Assembly (NCBI GenBank): GCA_964016885.1
Contig: OZ024742.1
Coordinates: 195,548,001-195,612,000, forward strand
DNA from: Eledone cirrhosa
Lineage: Eukaryota
Reading direction: 5' to 3'
Length of the DNA stretch: 64,000 nt
Of this stretch, positions 39,001 to 54,000 are shown piece by piece (position 1 is the stretch's first letter; the number at the start of each line of letters is the position of its first letter). A program made the position numbers and the translations under genes. The notes beneath the pieces are model-generated. The model had not been told where the DNA came from, searched no databases, and was given only the letters and a program-made list of their open reading frames with translations.

Positions 39001-42000
39001 CCTTAACATACAAGATGGGCTCCAAATCTATTATATGTTCCACTACCTCAACCTACAAGATGGCCCCTAATCTGTCATATGTTCCACTACCTTAACATAC
39101 AAGATGGGCTTCAAATCTATCATATGTTCCACTACCTCAACCTACAACATGGCCCCTAATCTGTCATATGTTCCACTACCTAAACATACGAGATGGGCTC
39201 CAAATCTATCATATGTTCCACTACCTCAACCTACAAGATGGCCCCTAATCTGTCATATGTTCCACTACCTCAACCTACAAGATGGACTTCAAATCTATCA
39301 TATGTTCCACTACCTCAACATACAAGATGGGCCCCAAATCTATCATAAGTTCCACTACCTCAACCTACAAGATGGGCCCCAAATCTATCATATATTCCAC
39401 TACCTCAACATACAAGATGGGCCTCAAATCTATCATATATTCCACTACCTCAACATACAAGATGGGCCCCAAATCTATCATATGTTCCACTACCTCAACC
39501 TGCAAGATGGCCCCTAATCTATCATATGTTCCACTACCTCAACCTACAACTTGGGCCCCAAATCTATCATATGTTCCACTACCTCAACATACAAGATGGG
39601 CCCCAAATCTATCATATGTTCCACTACCTCAACATACAAGATGGGCCCCAAATCTGTCATATGTTCCACTACCTCAACCTACAAGATGGGTCCCAAATCT
39701 ATCATATGTTCCACTACCTCAACCTACGAGATGGGTCCCAAATCTATCATATGTTCCACTACCTCAACCTACAAGATGGGTCCCAAATCTATCATATGTT
39801 CCACTACCTCACCCTACAAGATGGGCCCCAAATCTATCATATGTTCCACTACCTCAACATGCAAGGTGGGCCCCAAATCTATCATATGTTCCACTACCTC
39901 AACCTACAAAATGGGCCCCAAATCTATCACATGTTCCACTACCTCAACCTACATGATGCGCCCCCAATCTATCATATGTTCCACAACCTCAACCTACAAG
40001 ATGCGCCCAAATCTATCATATGTTCCACTACCTCAACATACAAGATGGGACCCAAATCTATCATATGTTCCACTACCTCAACCTACAAGATGCGCCCAAA
40101 TCTATCATATGTTCCACTACCTCAACATACAAGATGGGACCCAAATCAATCATATGTTCCACTACCTCAACATACAAGATGGGACCCAAATCTATCATAT
40201 GTTCCACTACCTCAACCTACATGATGCGCCCCAAATCAATCATACGTTCCACTACCTCAACATACAAGATGGGCCCCAAATCTATCATATGTTCCACTAC
40301 CTCAACATACAAGATGGGCCCCAAATCTATAATATGTTCTACTACCTCAACCTGCAAGATGGCCCCATATCTATCATATGTTCCACTACCTCAACCTACA
40401 AGATGGGTCCCAAATCTATCATATGTTCCACTACCTCAACCTACAAGATGGGTCCCAAATCTATCATATGTTCCACTACCTCACCCTACAAGATGGGCCC
40501 CAAATCTGTCATATGTTCCACTACCTCAACCTACAAGATGAGTCCCAAATCTATCATATGTTCCACTACCTCAACCTACAAGATGGGCCCCAAATCTATC
40601 ATATGTTCCACTACCTCAACCTACAAGATGCGCCCCAAATCTATCATATGTTCCACTACCTCAACATGCAAGATGGGCCCCAAAACTATCATATGTTCCA
40701 CTACCTCAACCTACAAGATGGGTCCCAAATCTATCATATGTTCCACTACCTCAACCTACAAGATGGGTCCCAAATCTATCATATGTTCCACTACCTCACC
40801 CTACAAGATGGGCCCCAAATCTATCATATGTTCCACTACCTCAACCTACATGATGCGCCCCAAATCTATCATATGTTCCACTACCTCAACCTACAAGATG
40901 CGCCCCAAATCTATCATATGTTCCACTACCTCAACATACAAGATGGGACCCAAATCTATCATATGTTCCACTACCTCAACCTACAAGATGCGCCCCAAAT
41001 CTATCATATGTTCCACTAGCTCAACATACAAGATGGGACCCAAATCTATCTCATGTTCACTACCTGAACCTCCAAGATGGGCCCCTAATTTATCATATGT
41101 TCCACTACCTCAAACTACAAGATGGGCCCCAAATCTATCATATGTTCCACTACCTCAACCTGCAAGATGGCCGCTAATCTATCATATGCTCCACTACCAC
41201 AATCTGAAAGATGGCCCCTAATCTATCATATGTTCCACTACCCCAACATACAAGATGGACCCCAAATCTATCATATGTTCCACTACCTCAACATACATGA
41301 TGCGCCCCAAATCTATCATATGTTCCACTACCTCAACATACAAATGGGCCCCATATCTATCATATGTTCTACTACCTCAACCTACAAGATGGGTCCCAAA
41401 TCTATCATATGTTCTTCTACCTCAACATACAAGATGGGACCCAAATCTATCATATGTTCTACTACCTCAACCTACAAGATGGGCCCCAAATCTATCATAT
41501 ATTCCACTACCTCACCCTACAAGATGGGCTCCAAATCTATCATATGTTCTACTACCTCAACATACAAGATGGGACCCAAATCTATCATATGTTCTACTAC
41601 CTCAACCTACAAGATGGGCCCCAAATCTATCATATGTTCCACAACCTCAACCTAGAAGATTGGCGTCAAATCTATTATATGTTCCACTACCTCAAAATAC
41701 AAGATACGCCCCAAATCTGTCAAATATTCCACTACCTCAACCTACAAGATGGGCCCCAAATCTATCATATGTTCCACTACCTCAACATACAAGTTGGACT
41801 TCAAATCTATCTTATGTTCCACTACCCCAACTTACAAGATGGGCCCCAACTCTATCATATGTTCCACTACCTCAACCTACAAGATGCGCCCCAAATCTAT
41901 CATATGTTCCACTACCTCAACCTACAAGATGCGCCCCAAATCTATCATATGTTCCACTACCTCAACCTACAAGATGCGCCCCAAATCTATCATATGTTCC

Positions 42001-45000
42001 ACTACCTCAACCTACAAGATGGGCCTCAAATCTATCATATGTTCCACTACATCAACCTACAAGATGGGCCCCAAACTAATTATATGGTCCATACCACAAC
42101 CTACAAGATGTGCCCCAAATTAATCATATGTACATCTACCTCAACCTACAAGATGCGCCCCAAATCTATCATATGTTCCACTACCTCAACCTACAAGATG
42201 GGCCTCAAGTCTATCTTATGTTCCACTACATCAACCTACAAGATGGGCCCCAAACTAATCATATGTTCCATACCACAACCTACAAGATGTGCCCCAAATT
42301 AATCATATGTACCTCTACCTCCACCTACAAGATGCGCCCCAAATCTATCATATGTTCCACTACCTCAACATACAAGATGGACTTCAAATCTATCATATGT
42401 TCTACTACCTCAACATACAAGATGGTCCCCAAATCTATCAAATATTCCACTACCACAACATACGAGATGGGACCCAAATCTATCTCATGTTCACTACCTG
42501 AACGTACAAGATGGGCCCCTAATTTATCATATCTTCCACTACCTCAACCTACAAGATGGGCCCCAAATCTATCGTTTGAACCACTACCTCAACCTAAAAG
42601 GAGGGCCCCAAATCTATCATAGTTCCACTACCTCAAACTACAAGATGGGCCCCAAATCTATCATATGTTCCACTACATCAACATAGAAGATGGGCCCCAA
42701 ATCTATCATATGTTCCACTACCTCAACCTGAAAGATGGCTCCTAATCTATCATATGTTCCACTACCTCAATCTACAAGATGGGCCCCAAATCTATCATAT
42801 GTTCCACTACCCCAACATACAAGATGGGACCCCAAATATATCATATGTTCCACTACCTCAACCTACAAGATGGGCCCCATATCTATCATATGTTCCACTA
42901 ACACAACCTACAAGATGGGCTTCAAATCTATCATATTTTCCACTACCTCAACCTACAAGATGCGCCCCAAATCTATCATATGTTCCACTACATCAATATA
43001 CAAGATGGGCTTCAAATCTATCATATGTTCCAATACCTCAACCTATAAGATGGGCCCACAATTAATCATATGTTCCACTACCTCAACCTACAATATGGGC
43101 CCCAAATCTATCATATGTTGCACTACCTCAACCTACAAGTTGCGCCCCAAATCTATCATATGTTCCACTACCTCAACATACAAGATGGGACCCAAATCTA
43201 TCATATGTTCGACTACCTCAACCTACATGATGGTCCCCAAATCAATCAAATATTCCTCTACTACAATATACAAGATGGGACCCAAATCTATCTTATGTTC
43301 CCTAGCTCAACCTACAAGATGGGCCCCAAATCTATCATATGTTCCACTACCTCAACCTACAAGGTGGGCCGAATATCTATCATATGTTCCACTAACACAA
43401 CCTACAAGATGGGCTTCAAATCTATCATATTTTCCACTACCTCAACCTACAAGATGCGCCCCAAATCTATCATATGTTCCACTACATCAATATACAAGAT
43501 GGGCTTCAAATCTATCATATGTTCCACTACCTCACCCTACAAGATGGGCCCCAAATCTATCATATGTTCCACTACCTCAACCTACATGATGCGCCCCAAA
43601 TCTATCATATGTTCCACTACCTCAACCTACAAGATGCGCCCCAAATCTATCATATGTTCCACTACCTCAACATACAAGATGGGACCCAAATCTATCATAT
43701 GTTCCACTACCTCAACCTACAAGATGCGCCCCAAATCTATCATATGTTCCACTACCTCAACATACAAGATGGGACCCAAATCTATCTCATGTTCACTACC
43801 TGAACCTCCAAGATGGGCCCCTAATTTATCATATGTTCCACTACCTCAAACTACAAGATGGGCCCCAAATCTATCATATGTTCCACTACCTCAACCTGCA
43901 AGATGGCCGCTAATCTATCATATGCTCCACTACCACAATCTGAAAGATGGCCCCTAATCTATCATATGTTCCACTACCCCAACATACAAGATGGACCCCA
44001 AATCTATCATATGTTCCACTACCTCAACATACATGATGCGCCCCAAATCTATCATATGTTCCACTACCTCAACATACAAATGGGCCCCATATCTATCATA
44101 TGTTCTACTACCTCAACCTACAAGATGGGTCCCAAATCTATCATATGTTCTTCTACCTCAACATACAAGATGGGACCCAAATCTATCATATGTTCTACTA
44201 CCTCAACCTACAAGATGGGCCCCAAATCTATCATATATTCCACTACCTCACCCTACAAGATGGGCTCCAAATCTATCATATGTTCTACTACCTCAACATA
44301 CAAGATGGGACCCAAATCTATCATATGTTCTACTACCTCAACCTACAAGATGGGCCCCAAATCTATCATATGTTCCACAACCTCAACCTAGAAGATTGGC
44401 GTCAAATCTATTATATGTTCCACTACCTCAAAATACAAGATACGCCCCAAATCTGTCAAATATTCCACTACCTCAACCTACAAGATGGGCCCCAAATCTA
44501 TCATATGTTCCACTACCTCAACATACAAGTTGGACTTCAAATCTATCTTATGTTCCACTACCCCAACTTACAAGATGGGCCCCAACTCTATCATATGTTC
44601 CACTACCTCAACCTACAAGATGCGCCCCAAATCTATCATATGTTCCACTACCTCAACCTACAAGATGCGCCCCAAATCTATCATATGTTCCACTACCTCA
44701 ACCTACAAGATGCGCCCCAAATCTATCATATGTTCCACTACCTCAACCTACAAGATGGGCCTCAAATCTATCATATGTTCCACTACATCAACCTACAAGA
44801 TGGGCCCCAAACTAATTATATGGTCCATACCACAACCTACAAGATGTGCCCCAAATTAATCATATGTACATCTACCTCAACCTACAAGATGCGCCCCAAA
44901 TCTATCATATGTTCCACTACCTCAACCTACAAGATGGGCCTCAAGTCTATCTTATGTTCCACTACATCAACCTACAAGATGGGCCCCAAACTAATCATAT

Positions 45001-48000
45001 GTTCCATACCACAACCTACAAGATGTGCCCCAAATTAATCATATGTACCTCTACCTCCACCTACAAGATGCGCCCCAAATCTATCATATGTTCCACTACC
45101 TCAACATACAAGATGGACTTCAAATCTATCATATGTTCTACTACCTCAACATACAAGATGGTCCCCAAATCTATCAAATATTCCACTACCACAACATACG
45201 AGATGGGACCCAAATCTATCTCATGTTCACTACCTGAACGTACAAGATGGGCCCCTAATTTATCATATCTTCCACTACCTCAACCTACAAGATGGGCCCC
45301 AAATCTATCGTTTGAACCACTACCTCAACCTAAAAGGAGGGCCCCAAATCTATCATAGTTCCACTACCTCAAACTACAAGATGGGCCCCAAATCTATCAT
45401 ATGTTCCACTACATCAACATAGAAGATGGGCCCCAAATCTATCATATGTTCCACTACCTCAACCTGAAAGATGGCTCCTAATCTATCATATGTTCCACTA
45501 CCTCAATCTACAAGATGGGCCCCAAATCTATCATATGTTCCACTACCCCAACATACAAGATGGGACCCCAAATATATCATATGTTCCACTACCTCAACCT
45601 ACAAGATGGGCCCCATATCTATCATATGTTCCACTAACACAACCTACAAGATGGGCTTCAAATCTATCATATTTTCCACTACCTCAACCTACAAGATGCG
45701 CCCCAAATCTATCATATGTTCCACTACATCAATATACAAGATGGGCTTCAAATCTATCATATGTTCCAATACCTCAACCTATAAGATGGGCCCACAATTA
45801 ATCATATGTTCCACTACCTCAACCTACAATATGGGCCCCAAATCTATCATATGTTGCACTACCTCAACCTACAAGTTGCGCCCCAAATCTATCATATGTT
45901 CCACTACCTCAACATACAAGATGGGACCCAAATCTATCATATGTTCGACTACCTCAACCTACATGATGGTCCCCAAATCAATCAAATATTCCTCTACTAC
46001 AATATACAAGATGGGACCCAAATCTATCTTATGTTCCCTAGCTCAACCTACAAGATGGGCCCCAAATCTATCATATGTTCCACTACCTCAACCTACAAGG
46101 TGGGCCGAATATCTATCATATGTTCCACTACCTCAACCTACAATATGGGCCCCAAAGCTATCATATGTTCCACCACCTCAACATACAAGATGGACCCCAA
46201 ATCTATCATATGTTCCACTACCTCAACATACATGATGCGCAAAAAATCTATCATATGTTCCACTACCTCAACATACAAATGGGCCCCAAATCTATCATAT
46301 GTTCCACTACCTCAACCTACAAGATGGACTTCAAATCTATCATATGTTCTACTACCTCAACATAGAAGATGGGACCCAAATCTATCATATGTTCCACTAC
46401 CTCAACCTACAAGATGCGCCCCAAATCTATCATATGTTCCACTACCTCAACATAAAAGATGGACTTCAAATCTATCATATGTTCTACTACCTCAACATAC
46501 AAGATGGAACCCAAATCTATCATATGTTCTACTACCTCAACATACAAGATGGGACCCAAATCTATCATATGTTCTACTACCTCAACATACAAGATGGGAC
46601 CCAAATCTATCATATGTTCGACTACCTCAACCTACATGTTGGTCCCCAAATCAATCAAATATTCCACTACCTCAACATACAGGTTGGGACCCAAATCTAT
46701 CTTATGTTCCCTAGCTCAACCTACAAGATGGGACCCAAATCTATCATATGTTCCACTACCTCAACCTACAAGATGGGCCCCAAATCTATCATATGTTCCA
46801 CTACCTCAACCTACAAGATGGGCCTCAAATCTCTCATATGTTCCACTACCCCAACATACAAGATGGACCCCAAATCTATTATATGTTCCACTACCTCAAC
46901 ATACAAGATGGGCCCCAAATCTATCATATGTTCCACTACCTCAACCTACAAGTTGGGCCCCAAATCTATCATATGTTCCACTACCTCAACCTACAAGATG
47001 GGCCCCTAATCTATCATATGTTCCACTACCTCAACATACAAGATAGGCCCCAAATCTATCATATGTTCCACTACCTCAACCTACAGTATGAGCCCCAAAT
47101 CTATCATATGTTCCACTACCTCAACCTACAAAATGGGCCCCAAATCTATCATATGTTCCACTACCTCAACCTACAAGATGGGTCCCAAATCTATCATATG
47201 TTCCACTACCTCAACCTACAAGATGGGTCCCAAATCTATCATATGTTCCACTACCTCACCCTACAAGATGGGCCCCAAATCTATCATATGTTCCACTACC
47301 TCAACCTACATGATGCGCCCCAAATCTATCATATGTTCCACTACCTCAACATACAAGATGGGACCCAAATCTATCATATGTTCCACTACCTCAACCTACA
47401 TGATGCGCCCCAAATCTATCATATGTTCCACTACCTCAACATACAAGATGGGACCCAAATCTATCATATGTTCCACTACCTCAACCTACATGATGCGCCC
47501 CAAATCAATCATATGTTCCACTACCTCAACATACAAGATTGGACCCAAATCAATCATATGGTCCACTACCTCAACCTATAAGATGGGTCCCAAATCTATC
47601 ATATGTTCCACTACCTCAACATACAAGATGGGCCCCATATCTATCATATGTTCCACTACCTCAACATACAAGATGGACTTCAAATCAATCAAATATTCCA
47701 CTACCACAACATACAAGATGGGACCCAAATCTATCTTATGCTCCCTAGCTCAACATACAAGATGGGCCCCAAATCTATCATGTGTTCCACTACCTCAACC
47801 TGCAAGATGGCCCCTAATCGATCATATGTTCCACTACATCAACCTGAAAGATGGCCCCTAATCTATCATATGTTCCACTACCTCAATCTACAAAATGGGC
47901 CCCAAATCTATCATATGTTCCACTACCCCAACATACAAGATGGGACCCTAAATATATCATATGTTCCACTACCTCAACCTGAAAGATGGCCCCTAATCTA

Positions 48001-51000
48001 TCATATGTTCCACTACCTCAATCTACAAAATGGGCCCCAAATCTATCATATGTTCCACTACCCCAACATACAAGATGGGACCCCAAATATATCATATGTT
48101 CCACTACCTCAACCTACAAGATGGGCCCCATATCTATCATATGTTCCACTACCTCAACCTACAAGATGGGCCTCAAATCTATCATAAGTTTCACTACCTC
48201 AACCTACATGATGGTCCCCAAATCAATCAAATATTCCTCTACCACAATATACAAGATGGGACCCAAATCTAACTTATGTTCCCTAGCTCAACCTACAATA
48301 TGGGCCCCAAATCTATCATATGTTCCACCACCTCAACATACAACATCGGCCCCAAATCTATCATAAGTTGCACTACCCCAACATACAAGATGGACCCCAA
48401 ATCTATCATATGTTCCACTACCTCAACATACATGATGCGCCCCAAGTCTATCATATGTTCCACTACCTCAACATACAAATGGGCCACATATCTATCATAT
48501 GTTCTACTACCTCAACCTACAAGATGGGTCCCAAATCTATCATATGTTCTTCTACCTCAACATAGAAGATGGGACCCAAATCTATCATATGTTCTACTAC
48601 CTTAACCTACAAGATGGTCCCCAAATCAATCAAATATTCCACTACCTCACCCTACAAGATGGGCCCCAAATCAATCATATGTTCCACAACCTCAACCTAC
48701 AAGATTGGCGTCAAATCTATCATATGTTCCACTACCTCAACATACAAGTTGGACTTCAAATCTATCTTATGTTCCACTACCCCAACTTACAAGATGGGCC
48801 CCAAATCTATCATATGTTCCACTACCTCAACATACAAGATGGGCCCCAAATCTATCATATGTTCCACTACCTCAACATACAAGATGGGCCCCAAATCTAT
48901 CATATGTTCCACTACCTCAACCTACAAGATGGGCCCCAAATCTATCATATGTTCCACTACCTCAACATACAAGATGGGCCCCAAATCTATCATATGTTCC
49001 ACTACCTCAACCTACAAGATGGGCCCCAAATCTATCATATGTTCCACTACCTCAACCTACAAGATGGGCCCCAAATCTATCATATGTTCCACTACCTCAA
49101 CAAACAAGTTGGGCCCCAAATCTATCATATGTTCCACTACCTCAACATACAAGCTGGGCCCCAAATCTATCATATGTTCCACTACCTCAACATACAAGAT
49201 GGGCCCCAAATCTATCATATGTTCCACTACCTCAACCTACAAGATGGCCCCATATCTATCATATGTTCCACTACCTCAACATACAAGATGGATCTCAAAT
49301 CTATCATATGTTCCACTACCTCAACCTACAAGATGGGTCCCAAATCTATCATATGTTCCACTACCTCAACCTACAAGATGGGTCCCAAATCTATCATATG
49401 TTCCACTACCTCAACCTACAAGATGGCCCGTAATCTATCATATATGCCACTACCTCAACCTACAAGAAGAGTCGCAAATCTATCATATGTCCTACTACCT
49501 CAACATACAAGATGGGCCCCAAATCTATCATATGTTCCACTACCTCAACCTAAATGATGGGCCCCAAATCAATCATATGTTCCACTACCTCAACATACAA
49601 GATGGGCCCCAAATCTATCATATGTTCCACTACCTCAACCTACAAGATGGCCCTAAATCTATCATATGTTCCACTACTTCAACCTACAAGATGGTCCCTT
49701 ATCTATCATATGTTCCACTAGCTCAACCTACATGATGGGCCCCATATCTAACATATGTTCCACTACCCCAACCTACAAGTTGGCCCCAAATCTATCATAT
49801 GTTCCACTACCTCAACCTACAAGATGGCCCCAAATCTATCATATGTTCCACTACCTCAACCTACAAGAAGAGTCGCAAATCTGTCATATGTTCCACTACC
49901 TCAACATACAAGATGGGCTCCAAATCTATCATATGTTCCACTACCTCAACCTACAAGATGACCCCAAGTCTATCATATGTTCCACCACCTCAACCTACAA
50001 GAAGAGTTGCGAATCTATCATATGTTCCACTACCCCAACCTACAAGTTGGCCCCAAGTCTATCATATGTTCCACTACCTCAACATACAAGATGGGCTCCA
50101 AATCTATCATATGTTCCACTACCTCAACCTAGAAGATCTAATCTATCATATGTTCCACTACCTCAACCTACAAGATGGGCCCCACATCTATCATATGTTC
50201 CACTACCTCAACCTACAATAGGGCCCCTAATCATATGTTCCACTACCTCAACATACAAGATGGAACCCAAATATATCATATGTTCCACTACCTCAACCTA
50301 CAAGATGGGCCCCAAATCTATCATATGTTCCACTACCTCAACCTAAATGATGGGCCCCAAATCAATCATATGTTCCACTACCTCAACCTACAAGATGGCC
50401 CCTAATCTGTCATATGTTCCACTACCTTAACATACAAGATGGGCTCCAAATCTATCATATGTTCCACTACCTCAACCTACAAGATGGGCCCCAAATCTAT
50501 CATATGTTCCACTACCTCAACCTACAAGATGGCCCTAAATCTATCATATGTTCCACTACCTCAACCTACAAGATGGCCCCTAATCTATCATATGTTCCAC
50601 TACCTCAACCTACAAGATGGCCCCAAATCTATCATATGTTCCACTACCTCAACCTACGAGATGGCCCCAAATCTATCATATGTTCCACTACCTCAACATA
50701 CAAGATGGCCCCAAATCTAGCATATGTTCCACTACCTCAACCTACAAGATGGCCCCAAATCTATCATATGTTCCACTACCTCAACATACAAGATGGGCCC
50801 CAAATCTATCATATGTTCCACTACCTCAACCTACAAGATGGGCCCCACATCTATCATATGTTCCACTACCTCAACCTACAATAGGGCCCCTAATCATATG
50901 TTCCACTACCTCAACATACAAGATGGGACCCAAATATATCATATGTTCCACTACCTCAAGCTACAAGATGGGCCCCAAATCTATCATATGTTCCACTACC

Positions 51001-54000
51001 TCAACCTAAATGATGGGCCCCAAATCAATCATATGTTCCACTACCTCAACCTACAAGATGGCCCCTAATCTGTCATATGTACCACTACCTTAACATACAA
51101 GATGGGCTCCAAATCTATCATATGTTCCACTACCTCAACCTACAAGATGGCCCCTAATCTGTCATATGTTCCACTGCCTTAACATACAAGATGGGCTTCA
51201 AATCTCTCATATGTTCCACTACCTCAACCTACATGATGGCCCCTAATCTGTCATATGTTCCACTACCTTAACATACAAGATGGTCTTCAAATCTATCATA
51301 TGTTCCACTACCTCAACCTACAAGATGGGCCCCAAATCTATCATATGTTCCACTACCTCAACCTACAAGTTGGACCCCAAATCTATCATATGTTCCATTA
51401 CCTCAACATACAAGATGGGCTCCAAATCTAACATATGTTCCACTCCCTCAACCTACAAGTTGGGCCCCAAATCAATCATATGTTCCACTACCTCAACCTA
51501 CAAGATGGGCCCCAAATCTATCATATATTCCACTACCTCAACATACAAGATGGGCCCCAAATCTATCATATATTCCACTACCTCAACATACAAGATGGGC
51601 GCCAAATCTATCATATGTTCCACTACCTCAACCTGCAAGATGGCCCCTAATCTATCATATGTTCCACTACCTCAACCTACAAGCTGGGCCCCAAATCTAT
51701 CATATATTCCACTACCACAACATACAAGATGGGTCCCAAAACTATCTTATGTTCCCTATCTCAACCTACAAGATGGGCCCTAAATCTATCATATGTTCCA
51801 CTACCTCAACCTACAAGAGGGGCCCCCAAATCTATCATATGTTCCACTACCACAATATACAAATGGGCTCCAAATCTATCATATGTTCCACTACCTCAAC
51901 ATACAAGATGTACTTGAAATCTATCATATGTTCCACTACCTCAACCTACAAGATGGGCCCCAAATCTATCATATGTTCCACTACCTCAACCTACACGATG
52001 GGCCCCAAATCTATCATATGTTCCACTACCTCAACCTACAAGATGGGCCCCAAATCTTTCATATATTCTACTACCTCAACATACAAGATGGGCCCCAAAT
52101 CTATCATATGTTCCACTACCTCAACCTAGAAGTTCTAATCTATCATATGTTCCACTAGCTCAACCTACAAGATGCGCCCCAAATCTATCATATGGTCCAC
52201 TACCTCAACCTACAAGATGAGTCCCAAATCTATCTTATGCTCCGCTACCTCAACATACAAGATGCGCCCCAAATCTATCATATGTTCCACTACCTCAACC
52301 TACAAGATGGGCCTCAAATCTATCATATGTTCCACTACCTCAACCTACAAGATGGGCCCCAAATCTATCATATGTTCCACTACCTCAACCTACAAGATGG
52401 GCCCCAAATCTATCATATATTCCACTACCTCAACCTACAAGATGGCCCCTATCTATCATATGTTCCACTACCTCAAAATACAAGATGGGCCCCAAATCTA
52501 TCATATGTTCCACTACCTCAACATACAAGATGGGGCGCAAATCTATCATATGTTCCACTACCTCAACCTACAAGATGGGCCCCAAATCTATCATATGTTC
52601 CACTACCTCAACCTACAAGATGGGCCCCAAATTTATCATATATTCCACTTCCTCAACATACAAGATGGACCCAAATCTATCATATGTTCAACTACCTCAA
52701 CATACAAGATGGGTCCCAAATCTATCATATCTTCCACTACCTCAACTTACAAGATGCGCCCCAAATCTATCATATGTTCAACTACCTCAACATACAAGAT
52801 GGGCCCCAAATCTATCATATCTTCCACTACCTCAACATACAAGATGGGACCCAAATCTATCATATGTTCGACTACCTCAATCTGCATGTTGGTCCCCAAA
52901 TCAATCAAATATTCCACTACCACAACATACAACATGGGACCCAAATCTGTCTTATGTTCCCTCGCTCAACCTACCAGATGGGCCCCAAATCTATCATATG
53001 TTCCACTACCTCAACCTACAAGATGGGCCCCAAATCTTTCATATGTTCTACTACCTCAACATACAAGATGGGCCCCAAATCTATCATATGTACCACTACC
53101 TCAACCTACAAGATGGGCCCCAAATCTATCATATCTTCCACTACCTCAACCTAAATGATGGGCCCCAAATCAATCATATGTTCCACTACCCCAACTACAA
53201 GATGGACTTCAAATCTATCATATGTTCCACTACCTAAACCTACAAGATGGCCCCTAATATATCATATGTTCCACTACCTCAACCTACAAGATGGGCCCCA
53301 AATCTATCATATGTACCACTACCTCAACATACAAGATGGGCCCCAAATCTATCATATGTTCCACTACCTCAACATACAGGATGGGCTCCAAATCTATCAT
53401 ATGTTCCACTACCTCAACCTACAAGATGGCCCCTAATCTATCATATGTTCCACTACCTCAACATACAAGTTGGGCCCCAAATCTATCATATGTTCCACTT
53501 CCTCAACCTACAAGATGGGCCCGTAATCTAGCATATGTTCCACTACCTCAACATACAAGATGGGCCCCAAATCTATCATATGTTCCACTACTTCAACCTA
53601 CAAGATGGCCCCTAATCTATCATATGTTCCACTAACTCAACATACAAGATCGGCCGCAAATCTAACATATGTTCCACTCCCTCAACCTACAAGATGGGCC
53701 CCAAATCTATCATATGTTCCACCACCTCAACATACAAGTTGGCCCCTAATCTCTCATATATGCCACTACCGCAACCTACAAGAAGAGTCGCAAATCTATC
53801 ATATGTCCTACTACCTCAACATACAAGATGGGCCCCAAATCTATCATATGTTCCACTACCTCAACCTAAATGATGGCCCCCAAATCAATCATATGTTCCA
53901 CTACCTCAACCTACAAGATGGGCCCCAAATCTATCATATGTTCCACTACCTCAACCTAAATGATGGGCCCCAAATCAATCATATGTTCCACTACCTGAAT

